From an uncultured bacterium (GTDB lineage Bacteria > Methylomirabilota > Methylomirabilia > Rokubacteriales > DASRDR01), in NCBI GenBank assembly GCA_964416315.1, contig CAYQDR010000003.1:46031-110030 (forward strand): a DNA stretch of 64,000 bases, written 5' to 3'. Position numbers and translations under genes: made by a program. Below the pieces are notes generated by a model. The model saw nothing but the letters and a program-made list of their open reading frames with translations. It did not search any database and was not told where the DNA came from. Of the stretch, positions 1-9,142 are shown piece by piece. Numbering within the stretch: the stretch's first letter is position 1; every line of letters starts with the position of its first letter.

Positions 1-3
1 GGA

Positions 4-1257
4 ATGACCTGGGAGGCATCGAGCCCGGGCGCGGCGACCCTCGCGCTGGCGGCCCTCGTCCTCCTCCTGAGCCTCATCCTGGCGTTCTCCGTGGCCAGAG
101 ACATCAGGGAAGGTGCCCTGAATGGCACTCTCGTCGTCCTGGGCTGCCTCATGGCCGCGATCCTGGGGGAAGTGATCGCCCGGGTTGCCCTCGAACCACC
201 GCCCAAGGTGTATTTCGAGGAAGGACGCATCTCGCTTCCCGATGGGGAGAAGACCCTGCTCGTGGACACGCCACGGGGACGCCGTCACCGTCCCAACATC
301 GAAGTGGTCATCGAAGACCCTCCCTCGAGCCCGAATACCAAAGTGGTCTACAAGACCAATTCCCTCGGGTATCGGGATCGGGAGATCGGCCCCAAGCGGG
401 GACCCCGGATTCTCTTCCTGGGGGATTCCATCACCTTCGGCTTGTGGCTGAACGACGAGCTGACCTTCGTTCGTCTGGTGGAGAAGCTGGCTCGGGAGAA
501 CGGGAAAGTGTGGGAAACCGTCAATGCGGCGGTCCAGGGCCTTGGCATGGATGCCGAGTTGGCCGTCTTGAACGAGACCGGACTGTCCATCGAGCCCGAT
601 GTGGTGGTCCTGGGGTATTACCTGAACGATTTTCAGGAATCTCCCGGGATCTATGCCATCCGGCTGCCGGGCCCGCTGAAGCGCAGCTGGCTGGCCTACA
701 GGGTGGTCAACCTCGTCGCGGCCCTGCCACTGGTCTCCCAGGCCGAAGCCAGTGGCGCCATGTTGAAATCGCCCGAGCTTCAGGCGTGGCGAAAGGAATT
801 CGAGGCCAACTCGCCGTTCATTCCGAGGGATCGAGAACCCGATCCCATCGCCGCTCGGTTCAACCAGGCTGTGCTCAAGAGCTTCGACGACTGGGGCGGC
901 GCCTTCAGCCCCCGCGTCTGGGAAAAGCAGAAGCTCCTCGTGGAGGAATTCGCGCGGCTGGCCCGAGCCCACCGGTTCCAGCCGGTGATCGTCGCGTTTC
1001 CCGTTCGCCACCAGGTCGAAGCCGGGCCTCTCTTTGATGAGCCCCAGCGGCGCCTGGGCGGCATCGCGGCGGACCTTCGGATCCCTTACCTCGATCTGTT
1101 GCCGCTGCTCCGGGCGGAGTACCAAAAGAACAACAAGGACGCCGGGAAGCTCTTTTTTGACCAGTGCCACCTCACGCCCTACGGCAGCCAGATCACGGCG
1201 CGGGCGATCTACCAGGTCCTCGAGGGATGGATCGGAAGGCGCGAGAAGGCAGGATGA
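4..1257 (+). CDS. SGNH/GDSL-type hydrolase with N-terminal membrane anchor
   Basis: GDSxT block (LFLGDSITFG), C-terminal DxxH block (DQCHLTPYG), hydrophobic N-terminus. Start codon sits at the window edge. Confidence 0.65.
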   Translation: MTWEASSPGAATLALAALVLLLSLILAFSVARDIREGALNGTLVVLGCLMAAILGEVIARVALEPPPKVYFEEGRISLPDGEKTLLVDTPRGRRHRPNIEVVIEDPPSSPNTKVVYKTNSLGYRDREIGPKRGPRILFLGDSITFGLWLNDELTFVRLVEKLARENGKVWETVNAAVQGLGMDAELAVLNETGLSIEPDVVVLGYYLNDFQESPGIYAIRLPGPLKRSWLAYRVVNLVAALPLVSQAEASGAMLKSPELQAWRKEFEANSPFIPRDREPDPIAARFNQAVLKSFDDWGGAFSPRVWEKQKLLVEEFARLARAHRFQPVIVAFPVRHQVEAGPLFDEPQRRLGGIAADLRIPYLDLLPLLRAEYQKNNKDAGKLFFDQCHLTPYGSQITARAIYQVLEGWIGRREKAG

Positions 1258-1405
1258 GGGAGGCCACGATGCCCTGCCTCGCGGCCGGACCCCGGAGCCC
1301 GGATACACCCCGGCCGCATTGATTTCCCCGGGCGGGCCGCCGTATCCTACCTTCCACCGGCGGCGGCCCGCCGCGTGAGCCCGAGCCCGAGCCCGGAGGC
1401 GATCC

Positions 1406-2752
1406 ATGAGCAAGCCGCTGATCCAGTCCAGCGTCCTCTACCGCGACCTCCAGCGCGACTACCCCGTGATCGTCCGCGGGGAGGGCGTCTACCTCTGGGA
1501 CGCCGGCGGCAAGCGCTACCTCGACGGCTCGGGCGGCGCCTCCGCCGTCACCTCGATCGGCCACGGGGTCCGGGAGGTCGCCGACGCGATGGCCGCCCAG
1601 GCGCGCAAGGTGGCCTTCGTCCCGATGCACCTGTTCACGAGCGAGCCCCTCCCCGCCCTGGCCGAGGCGATCGCGAAGTTCGCCCCGGGCGACCTGAACA
1701 AGGTCTGGCTCGTCTCCGGGGGCTCCGAGGCGACGGAGAACGCGGCCAAGCTCGCGCGGCAGTACTGGCTCGAGCGCGGCAAGCCCGGGAAGGCGATCGT
1801 CATCGGCCGCTGGCAGTCGTTCCACGGGAACCTCTTTGGGTCGCTCGGCTTCGGCGGCCACACGATTCGCCGCCGGAAGTACCTGCCGATGCTCCAGGAG
1901 GGGAACCACCTCCCGCCGATGTACTGCTACCGCTGCCACTTCAAGCTGACCTACCCGGCGTGCGACACCTACTGCGCCGACTACCTCGAGCGCCTGGTCC
2001 GCATGCAGGGGCCGGAGAACGTGGCCGCCTTCATCGCCGAGCCGGTGGTCGGGGCGACGCTCGGCGCGGTGCCGCCGGTCCCCGAGTACTTCCCGAAGAT
2101 CCGCGAGATCTGCGACCGGTACGAGATCCTGTTCATCGCCGACGAGGTGATGACCGGGTTCGGGCGCACCGGGGCGAACTTCGCCGTGGACCACTGGGGC
2201 GTCGTCCCCGACATGATCGCGACCGCCAAGGGGATCTCGGGCGGCTACATCGCGCTCGGCGCCGTCATCGTGCGGGACGAGATCATCGCCGCGTTCGAGC
2301 GGAACAACTCGAACTTCGTCGGCGGCCACACCTACACCGGCCACCCCGTGGCCGCCGCGGCCGGCCTCGCGGTGCTCCGCTACATCCACGAGCACGACCT
2401 CGTCCGGAACGCCCGGGAGGTCGGCGCCCACCTCCTCCGCGGGCTCCAGGGGCTCCTGCCGAAGCACCCGATCGTCGGCGACGTCCGGGGGCTGGGCCTC
2501 ATGGTCGGGCTCGAGTTCGTCGCGGACCGGACGACGCGCGCCCCCTTCCCGGCGGAGCGCGAGGTCGCGCGGGCGATCGCGCTGGAGGCGCTCGACCGGG
2601 GTCTCGTGACCTACCCGGGGACGGGTTCGGTGGACGGCGTCCTGGGCGACCACATGAAGCTCACGCCGCCGCTCATCCTCACGCGGGAGCAGGCGGACGA
2701 GATCGTGAGCGCCCTGGACGCGGCGATCGGCGCGGTCGAGGCCCGGCTTTAG
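1406..2752 (+). CDS. class III (omega) aminotransferase, PLP-dependent
   Basis: Uninterrupted 448-aa ORF. Aminotransferase class III layout with a lysine-containing IATAKGISGG block and an FIADEVMTGFGRTG block. Confidence 0.85.
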   Translation: MSKPLIQSSVLYRDLQRDYPVIVRGEGVYLWDAGGKRYLDGSGGASAVTSIGHGVREVADAMAAQARKVAFVPMHLFTSEPLPALAEAIAKFAPGDLNKVWLVSGGSEATENAAKLARQYWLERGKPGKAIVIGRWQSFHGNLFGSLGFGGHTIRRRKYLPMLQEGNHLPPMYCYRCHFKLTYPACDTYCADYLERLVRMQGPENVAAFIAEPVVGATLGAVPPVPEYFPKIREICDRYEILFIADEVMTGFGRTGANFAVDHWGVVPDMIATAKGISGGYIALGAVIVRDEIIAAFERNNSNFVGGHTYTGHPVAAAAGLAVLRYIHEHDLVRNAREVGAHLLRGLQGLLPKHPIVGDVRGLGLMVGLEFVADRTTRAPFPAEREVARAIALEALDRGLVTYPGTGSVDGVLGDHMKLTPPLILTREQADEIVSALDAAIGAVEARL

Positions 2753-2789
2753 GCCGCCGCTGAAGATGCGAGGACAGGGTTGACGCGTC

Positions 2790-2897
2790 CGCGCGCTCCT
2801 GAACGAAGCGCTCCGAGCGCGGGCTTTGCCCGCGCAATCGATCCTGGGGGGAGGTTCGGCCCCCCGAAACAAAGGGGGGCGTAGCCCCCCTCCGAGG
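2790..2897. repeat. GC-rich multi-hairpin intergenic repeat, family A copy 1
   Basis: About 105 bp made of consecutive palindromes (gcgctc-c-gagcgc, gcgggc-ttt-gcccgc, gggggg..cccccc, ggggggcgtagcccccctccg). Near-identical copy at 18660-18752. Core hairpin also at 15878-15904 and 31166-31192. Confidence 0.6.
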
Positions 2898-2901
2898 GAA
2901 G

Positions 2902-3591
2902 ATGGTCTGCCCGAAGTGCCAGAAGACGATCCCGGACGAGAGCATCTTCTGCCTGGGCTGCGGCACGCGGCTCCGCTCGGTCGCCCCGGGCGACGGGGGC
3001 GTCACGGTTCGCCCGGCGGCGCCCGCCGCGCCAGGGCCCGCCGCCGCGCGCGCCGGGGCGCCCGGCGGCGCCCGGCCTGTCCCGGCGGCGCCTCCCGGCG
3101 CCGCGCCGGGCCCTGCGACCGCGGCCCCCGCGCCGCCGAAGCCGGCCCCGGGGACGAAGCAGGCGTACGCGCTCTCCTTCCGGTCGATCGTGGACGAGCG
3201 CCTGCGCTACCGCGTGGCGCGCTGGGTCTGCGAGCGGGCGCCCGCGCACGATCTCAGCGAGGTGCAGGAGGGGCTCCTGCGGGGCGACTTCGCGACCTTT
3301 CTCGCGCTGACGGAGGAGGACGCGGAGGTCGCCCGCCAGAAGATCCGGCAGATCGGCGTCCACCCGGCGATGGTGCACTTCGCGCCGGCCACGATGGCGG
3401 AGATGCTCCTGCCCGAGCGGCCGTTGAAGAAGCAGGGGGCCGGGCTCTCGACCGGCCAGATGTTCATGATCGCGGGCCTGATCGTCGCCATCCTGCTCGT
3501 CTTCGGCGCGGCCTCGTACTACTGGTACCAGTCTCGGACGGCGATCCACTACGAGCCGCCCAAGCTGCCGAGGATCGGAGGACAGCCCTGA
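2902..3591 (+). CDS. zinc-ribbon protein with Pro/Ala-rich linker and C-terminal transmembrane helix
   Basis: N-terminal CPKC..x12..CLGC ribbon. C-terminal hydrophobic stretch MFMIAGLIVAILLVFGAASYYWY. Confidence 0.5.
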   Translation: MVCPKCQKTIPDESIFCLGCGTRLRSVAPGDGGVTVRPAAPAAPGPAAARAGAPGGARPVPAAPPGAAPGPATAAPAPPKPAPGTKQAYALSFRSIVDERLRYRVARWVCERAPAHDLSEVQEGLLRGDFATFLALTEEDAEVARQKIRQIGVHPAMVHFAPATMAEMLLPERPLKKQGAGLSTGQMFMIAGLIVAILLVFGAASYYWYQSRTAIHYEPPKLPRIGGQP

Positions 3592-3616
3592 CCGAACGTC
3601 TCCCGTCGCGCCAGGG

Positions 3617-4054
3617 CTACGCGGGCGGGCGGAGGCGGGCCTGGAGGGCGGTGATCCGCTGACGGCGCTCGTCCGGCGTGAGCCGCCTGGGCTCGTGTCG
3701 GAGGCCCCACACGGGCTCGCGCGGCGCCGGATCGTCCGGGAGCCGCGGGATCACGTGCCAGTGGATGTGGGCGATCTGGTTGCCGAGGAGCTCGTAGTTG
3801 ACCTTCCGGGCGCCCAGCGTCGCGGCCAGGGCCTCGGCGACGGCGCTCACCTCCTCGACGAGCCGCCCGCGCTCCTCCCGAGTGAGCTGGAACAGCTCCG
3901 TCGCGTGGCGTTTCAGCACCAGCAGCGTCCAGCCGGGGAAGAACTGGTCGTCGTGGAGGTAGGCGACGGCGAGCCCGAGATCGGCGATCCGCTGCTCCGG
4001 CGCCGGCCACGCGCCGCTACAGGCCGGGCAGTCCAGCGTGCTCACCGGGATCAC
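3617..4054 (-). CDS. HIT-family (histidine triad) hydrolase
   Basis: HIT motif HIHWHVIPR. The longer ORF 3617-4378 has an Arg/Gly-rich non-genic N-terminus. The GTG starts at 4054 or 4045 are in frame. Confidence 0.65.
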   Translation of the reverse strand: MIPVSTLDCPACSGAWPAPEQRIADLGLAVAYLHDDQFFPGWTLLVLKRHATELFQLTREERGRLVEEVSAVAEALAATLGARKVNYELLGNQIAHIHWHVIPRLPDDPAPREPVWGLRHEPRRLTPDERRQRITALQARLRPPA

Positions 4055-4108
4055 CCCCCTTCCCCGCCAGTCTGGCGCTTCGGCTAGAATAGACGCGAAG
4101 GGCCGGCC

Positions 4109-4375
4109 GTGCCAGACGCCTACGGCGAGTTCGAAGCGACGACCCTCTTCTGCCCGCGGTGCCGGCGCCCCGTCACCGTGCGGAAGAAGCTCCTCCTCGT
4201 CCTCCCCACGGGGAACAAGTACGACTACATCTGCCAGGAGTGCGGCGCCCCGGTCGGTGGCAAGCTTGACCACGACCCGACGGCGTTTCACCAGACGTCC
4301 CGGGCCGCCGTCGCCGCGGTCCGCCGCGAGCCGCCCCGCCCGCGCCGCCCCCGGCCTCTCCGGCCCACCCCCTGA
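4109..4375 (+). CDS. small zinc-ribbon protein
   Basis: CPRC..x22..CQEC pattern with a basic Pro/Arg tail. 88 aa. Confidence 0.4.
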   Translation: MPDAYGEFEATTLFCPRCRRPVTVRKKLLLVLPTGNKYDYICQECGAPVGGKLDHDPTAFHQTSRAAVAAVRREPPRPRRPRPLRPTP

Positions 4376-4390
4376 CACGGAGGGACAGCC

Positions 4391-4783
4391 ATGCCGAAGA
4401 CCACCCAGATCACCCTGACCCTGGCCTCGAAGCCCGGCGTGCTCGCCCAGATCGCCGGCACCCTCGCCCGGGCCGGCGTCAACATCACCGCCGTGTGCGC
4501 CGCGGAGGGGAGCGGCGGACGCGGGAAGATCCGGTTGCTCGTGGACAACCCGCAGCGCGCCGTGGAGGCGCTCCGGGCCGCGAAGTTCCGGCCCGGCCAG
4601 GAGGAGGCGGTCACCCTGACCCTCGACAACCGGCCCGGCGCCCTCGCCGAGGTCGCCGAGAAGCTCGGCCGCGCCCGGGTCAACGTCAAGTGCGCCTACG
4701 CGACGACGCAGGGCGCTGGGCCCGCGCTCGTCGTCCTCTCCGTCGCGAACGCGGCGAAGGCCCAGGCGGCCCTCGGCGGGTGA
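4391..4783 (+). CDS. ACT-domain protein (tandem ACT)
   Basis: Two ACT-like ferredoxin-fold repeats (GVLAQIAGTLARAGVNI, PGALAEVAEKLGRARVNV). Its stop overlaps the next gene's start as GTGA. Confidence 0.7.
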   Translation: MPKTTQITLTLASKPGVLAQIAGTLARAGVNITAVCAAEGSGGRGKIRLLVDNPQRAVEALRAAKFRPGQEEAVTLTLDNRPGALAEVAEKLGRARVNVKCAYATTQGAGPALVVLSVANAAKAQAALGG

Positions 4784-6372
4784 GGCCGCCCGGGCCCGCG
4801 GGGGCGGAGGTCGTCGGCGCCCGGGCCTACCACGACGCGACCAAGCACTCGTGGGAGAGCGTTCGCTCGGGGGGGCGCTCCCTCGACTGGGCGAACCGGC
4901 CGTTCCCCTTCAAGGTCTACCCGGACGCCCCGGCGGTCCCGCTCCCGCGCGAGGTCGGGGCCCCGGCCCTGCCCGCGCTGGACGCCGTCGCGCGCGTCCG
5001 CGCGGCGCCCGGCCACGGCCGCCTCGACCTCCCCGCCCTCGCGCAGCTCCTCTTCTTCAGCGCGGGGCTGACCAAGAAGCGGGTCTACCCGGACGGCGAG
5101 GCGTTCCACTTCCGCGCGGCGGCCTCGACCGGCGCCCTTTACGAGGTCGAGGTCTACGTCGTCGCGGGCGCGGTGGCGGGGCTCGAGCCCGGCGTCTACC
5201 ACTTCTGCCCCGGCGACTTCACGCTCCGCCGGCTCCGCGGTGGCGACTGGCGCAGGATGCTCGCGGAAGCGGCGAGTCGGCCGGACGGCGTGCGCGGGGC
5301 TCCGGCGACGCTGGTCCTCTCCGCGATCTACTGGCGGAACACCTGGAAGTACGAGGCGCGGGCCTACCGCCACTTCTTCTGGGACTCGGGCACGCTCCTC
5401 GCGAACCTCCTCGCCGCGGCGGCGGCCGCGGATCTCCCGGCCTCGATCCTCCTCGCCTTCGCCGACGCCGAGGTGAACCGCCTCCTCGGGCTCGACGACG
5501 CCCGCGAGGCCAGCCTCGCCCTGGTCCCGCTCGGCGAGGGGGCGCCGGTCCCGCCGGCGGCACCGCCCCTCGAGCCCCTGGATCTCCGAACGGTCCCGCT
5601 GTCCGCGCGCGAGGTGGACTACCCGCTGGTGCGCCGGGCCTACCACGGCTCGACGCTCGACTCCGGGACAGTGGCGCGCGCGTGGGCGGGCCCGCTCGGT
5701 CCTCGCGCTGACCGCGAGCCGCCCGACCGCCCGCTCGAGCCCGCCCCGGCGCCCGCGCGGGCGCCGCTCGGCGAGGTGATCCTCCGCCGTGGCTCGACTC
5801 GCGTCTTCGCGCGGGAGCCGATCGGCGTCGCCGACCTCGCGACGATCCTCGACGCCGCCGTCCGCGACCTCCCGCTCGACGGCGGCGGCCCGGGGGCGCC
5901 GCTCGTCGACTGCTACCTGCTCGTCCACGCGGTCGACGGCCTCCCGTCCGGCGCCTACCGCCTCGACCCGGTCCGCCGCGGGCTCCGCACGCTGCGGGCG
6001 GGCGAGTTCCGCAACGAGGGCGGCTACCTCTGCCTCGAGCAGGCCATCGGGGCGGACGCGAGCGCGGTCGTCTTCTTCCTCTCGGACCTCCGACCCGTGC
6101 TCGAGCGCTACGGCAACCGCGGCTACCGCGCCGTCAACCTGGCGGCCGGCTTGCTCGGCGGGCGGATGTACCTCGCAGCCTACGCGCTCGGCCTCGGCGC
6201 GTCCGGCCTGACGTTCTACGACGACGACGTCGTCCGCTTCTTCTCCCCGGACGCCGCCGGCAGGGACGCGATCTTCGTGACGGCGCTCGGCCGCGCGCGG
6301 CGGGGCCGGCGGCGGTCCGCTCTCCCCCAGGCCGAAGGGACGCTGCAGCCCCTCCGCCCGGGTGAGTCCTGA
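4780..6372 (+). CDS. SagB-type dehydrogenase / tandem nitroreductase-fold protein
   Basis: YHDATKHS N-terminal signature and two nitroreductase-like halves. Start assigned to GTG 4780 (GTGA overlap with the ACT stop). The ORF-track start at 4495 would overlap the ACT gene by about 290 nt. Confidence 0.65.
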   Translation: MRPPGPAGAEVVGARAYHDATKHSWESVRSGGRSLDWANRPFPFKVYPDAPAVPLPREVGAPALPALDAVARVRAAPGHGRLDLPALAQLLFFSAGLTKKRVYPDGEAFHFRAAASTGALYEVEVYVVAGAVAGLEPGVYHFCPGDFTLRRLRGGDWRRMLAEAASRPDGVRGAPATLVLSAIYWRNTWKYEARAYRHFFWDSGTLLANLLAAAAAADLPASILLAFADAEVNRLLGLDDAREASLALVPLGEGAPVPPAAPPLEPLDLRTVPLSAREVDYPLVRRAYHGSTLDSGTVARAWAGPLGPRADREPPDRPLEPAPAPARAPLGEVILRRGSTRVFAREPIGVADLATILDAAVRDLPLDGGGPGAPLVDCYLLVHAVDGLPSGAYRLDPVRRGLRTLRAGEFRNEGGYLCLEQAIGADASAVVFFLSDLRPVLERYGNRGYRAVNLAAGLLGGRMYLAAYALGLGASGLTFYDDDVVRFFSPDAAGRDAIFVTALGRARRGRRRSALPQAEGTLQPLRPGES

Positions 6373-7001
6373 TGCGCCGGGGCCTCCCTGCCCTCCTCCT
6401 CGCGCTGGCGCTCGGTCCCGGCGCAGCCGTCGCGGCCGCGGAGACGGTGCCCTCGCCCGAGGAGCGGCAGCGTCTCACGCGGGGCGAGGTGGTCTTCCGC
6501 GCGGGCGCCGCGCCCCGCAACGGCGCCGTGGTCCCCGGCGCGCGGGGTGGCGTGGCCTTCGTCCGGGTCCCGACGGGGCCGGAGCCGATCTGGACGATCC
6601 TGACCATGCCGCGGCGCTACCCCGAGATTTTCTCGGGCCTCCGGACGGTGGGGGTGCTCGAGGAGCAGTCGGGGATGTGGCTGCTCCGGACCGACGGCAA
6701 GTTCGGCCCGTTCACCTTCCGCTACCACACCCGCTACGAGATCCGCGCCGACGCGCGCACGACCACGTGGCGCCTGGACCCCACGCGGGAGAACGACGTC
6801 TTCGAGGACACCTGGGGCTCGTGGCAGCTCGTCGCCGAGGACGGCGCCACGCTGATCGTCTACGCGATCGGGTCGATCCCCTCGACCTGGCAGCCGCTGG
6901 CGGGGTACTTCGAGCGGCGCGGGATCATCGAGGCGCTCGGCGCGCTGCGGGAGGCCGCGATCCGCCGGGGGGCATCGCCGGACGGGCCGGCCCAGCCGTG
7001 A
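6372..7001 (+). CDS. secreted SRPBCC (START/polyketide-cyclase-like) protein
   Basis: Signal peptide MRRGLPALLLALALGPGAAVAAA. ATGA overlap with the upstream stop. Confidence 0.55.
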   Translation: MRRGLPALLLALALGPGAAVAAAETVPSPEERQRLTRGEVVFRAGAAPRNGAVVPGARGGVAFVRVPTGPEPIWTILTMPRRYPEIFSGLRTVGVLEEQSGMWLLRTDGKFGPFTFRYHTRYEIRADARTTTWRLDPTRENDVFEDTWGSWQLVAEDGATLIVYAIGSIPSTWQPLAGYFERRGIIEALGALREAAIRRGASPDGPAQP

Positions 7002-7702
7002 TCAGCGTCGTCATCCCCGCGCGAAACGAGGCGATGTGCCTCGGCGAGACGCTCACCCACCTGGCGGCGTGCACGCCGCCGGGCGCGGGCGAGGTCATCG
7101 TGGCGGTCGGCGGCTCGACGGACGGCACGGCCGCGATCGCGCGCCGCCGGGCGCGCCTGATCCTCGCCAGCGACGCGAGCCGCGCCGGGCTCCTCAACGC
7201 CGGGGCCCGCGCCGCCCGGGGCGCCGCCCTCCTGTTCCTGCACGCCGACACGCTGCCGCCGGCGGACTACGTGGCCGCGATCGACGCCACCCTCGGCGAC
7301 CCGGGGGTCGTCGGGGGCGCGTTCGATTTCGAGTTCCGCGAGGGCCGCCGGCAGCTCCGCGCGATCGCCGCCCTGAATCGCGTGCGCTGCCGCCTGACCG
7401 GCAACTTCTACGGCGACCAGGGCATCTTCGTGCGGCGCGAGGTGTTCGAGCGGATCGGCGGCTTCCCGCGACGGCGCCTCTTCGAGGACCTCGTCTTCTC
7501 CCAGGCGATGCGGCGGGAGGGGCGCACGGTCCTCCTGCGGGGCCGGCGCGTCCGGTCCTCCGGCCGCCGCTTCCTCCAGCCCGACTGGGCGCGCGCCGTG
7601 GCGCTGATCACCTGGCTCCTTCTGCTCCACACGCTCGGCCGCGACACCGAGGGCTACGCGGCCCGCTACCACGCGGCACGCGCCACCGGTGGGACGGGAT
7701 GA
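6998..7702 (+). CDS. family 2 glycosyltransferase (short TIGR04283-like type)
   Basis: VISVVIPARNE...GSTDGT...LHADT motifs. GTG start overlaps the upstream stop as GTGA. Confidence 0.7.
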   Translation: MISVVIPARNEAMCLGETLTHLAACTPPGAGEVIVAVGGSTDGTAAIARRRARLILASDASRAGLLNAGARAARGAALLFLHADTLPPADYVAAIDATLGDPGVVGGAFDFEFREGRRQLRAIAALNRVRCRLTGNFYGDQGIFVRREVFERIGGFPRRRLFEDLVFSQAMRREGRTVLLRGRRVRSSGRRFLQPDWARAVALITWLLLLHTLGRDTEGYAARYHAARATGGTG

Positions 7703-8066
7703 GCGCCCCGCGGGACCGCGTACCGCCCGGTCAGGTCGTGACGGCGAAGGGGCCGGTCCTCACCTACGGGCCGGCGCCGGCGGTGAGCGCGGCCCGCTGG
7801 CGCGTCCGGATCTTCGGATTTCGCGGCTGACGCGCTGCCGGTGGGGCGCCCGGGGGAGCGGAGCGGCTCTGGGCCGAGCGGAGGCGCCCGCCACGCGCGA
7901 AGGGCCGGAAGCCGCGCGCGTGCGGCGCCGTCCCGGTTCCCGATCCCGAGAGAGGCCGGCGCCTGCTCAAAGAAGTTGCCGGCGCCGCGGCTTCGTTTCA
8001 CACTGGCGACATGCCGGTTGGAGGCGGAACGGTGGCCGGGCGCTGGGCATCGGATCGCGTTCGTGC

Positions 8067-8999
8067 ATGCTGAAAGCGGTGGTCGGGGCCACCGCCACGA
8101 TTGCCGCGCTCCTGGTGGGCGAGCTGACCCTGCGCGCCGCCCGCTTCGAGTTTCACCTCTACCCGCGGGTCGAGTTCGGCTGGCCTGACCCGGAGGAGCT
8201 GGAGGAGCACTATGAGGACGACCCGGATCTGTTCTGGGTCCCCGAGGACTACGCCGAGAGGCTGGAGATGGCCAGAAAGGCGCCTCCCGGCGTCGTCTTC
8301 ATGGGTGACTCCGTCACCGAGTTCGGGACGTATCCGCAGCAGACGATCCAGCTCCTGCACACACGGCGTCCAGCGCTGGCGAGCGGCGTCTCGCTCGGGG
8401 TCGGCGGGTGGTCATCCGAGCAGGGGCTGGCTCAGCTGACGCGCGACGTCCTTGCCCTCAAGCCGAAGGTCATCACCATCTATTACGGCTGGAACGACCA
8501 CTGGATTGCGCTCGGCCCGCCCGATCCCGAGTTGCGCCGCCTCACCTCGGTCGCCGACCGGTTGAGGCTGGTCCAGCTTGTGAAAAAGACCAGGATGGTG
8601 CTGGCGGCAGATCCCGCGCGACCGAATCGGGTGAGCCTCAGTCGCTATCGCTCGAACCTCGAGACGATGGCGCGGCTCGGTGCGGCGGCCGGGGCCCGGG
8701 TGATCCTCCTCACCGCGCCGTCGAATCATGTGCGGGGGCGGGAGCCGGAGTATCTCGCGCTGCGTCACCTCCGGCGACTGGATGAGCTGGTGCCTCTCCA
8801 TCAGGCCTATGTCGAGGCGACACGCGCCGCGGCGGCGGCCACGCCCGCGACGCTATGCGATATTGCCGCCGACCTCGAGAGCGACGCGGTGGTGCGGTCC
8901 TCCTACTTCCGGGCCGATGGCATCCATCTCGCCGAGGCAGGCGACCGGCGCGTGGCCGAGCTGCTGGCCGAGTGCATCGAGCGCGCGTTCGCGGAGTAG
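8067..8999 (+). CDS. SGNH/GDSL hydrolase
   Basis: FMGDSVTE block I, YGWNDH block III, DGIHL block V. ATG at 8067 lies inside the longer ORF 7689-8999. Confidence 0.65.
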   Translation: MLKAVVGATATIAALLVGELTLRAARFEFHLYPRVEFGWPDPEELEEHYEDDPDLFWVPEDYAERLEMARKAPPGVVFMGDSVTEFGTYPQQTIQLLHTRRPALASGVSLGVGGWSSEQGLAQLTRDVLALKPKVITIYYGWNDHWIALGPPDPELRRLTSVADRLRLVQLVKKTRMVLAADPARPNRVSLSRYRSNLETMARLGAAAGARVILLTAPSNHVRGREPEYLALRHLRRLDELVPLHQAYVEATRAAAAATPATLCDIAADLESDAVVRSSYFRADGIHLAEAGDRRVAELLAECIERAFAE

Positions 9000-9142
9000 G
9001 GCCAGGCTGCCCACCGAGGATCGAGCCCCTCTCGGCTCACCCCGGGCCGTGATTTGGGTGTCGGAGCCGCGAGCTCGACCGCGATCGCCCGCAATTCCCA
9101 GAGTTGCGGAAGACGACTGAGAAACGGGCCCGGAGCCCGGGC

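Noticed and set aside
1193-2872. 559-aa ORF antisense to the aminotransferase gene
   Set aside because: Arg/Gly/Pro/Asp low-complexity translation with no family motifs. It is typical stop-poor antisense frame of a 70% GC gene. The sense strand carries a clean class III aminotransferase.
4495-4779. Upstream ATG 4495 as start of the SagB-like gene
   Set aside because: It would overlap the ACT-domain gene by about 290 nt in another frame and add an Arg-rich low-complexity extension. GTG 4780, overlapping the ACT stop, fits the operon's coupled architecture.
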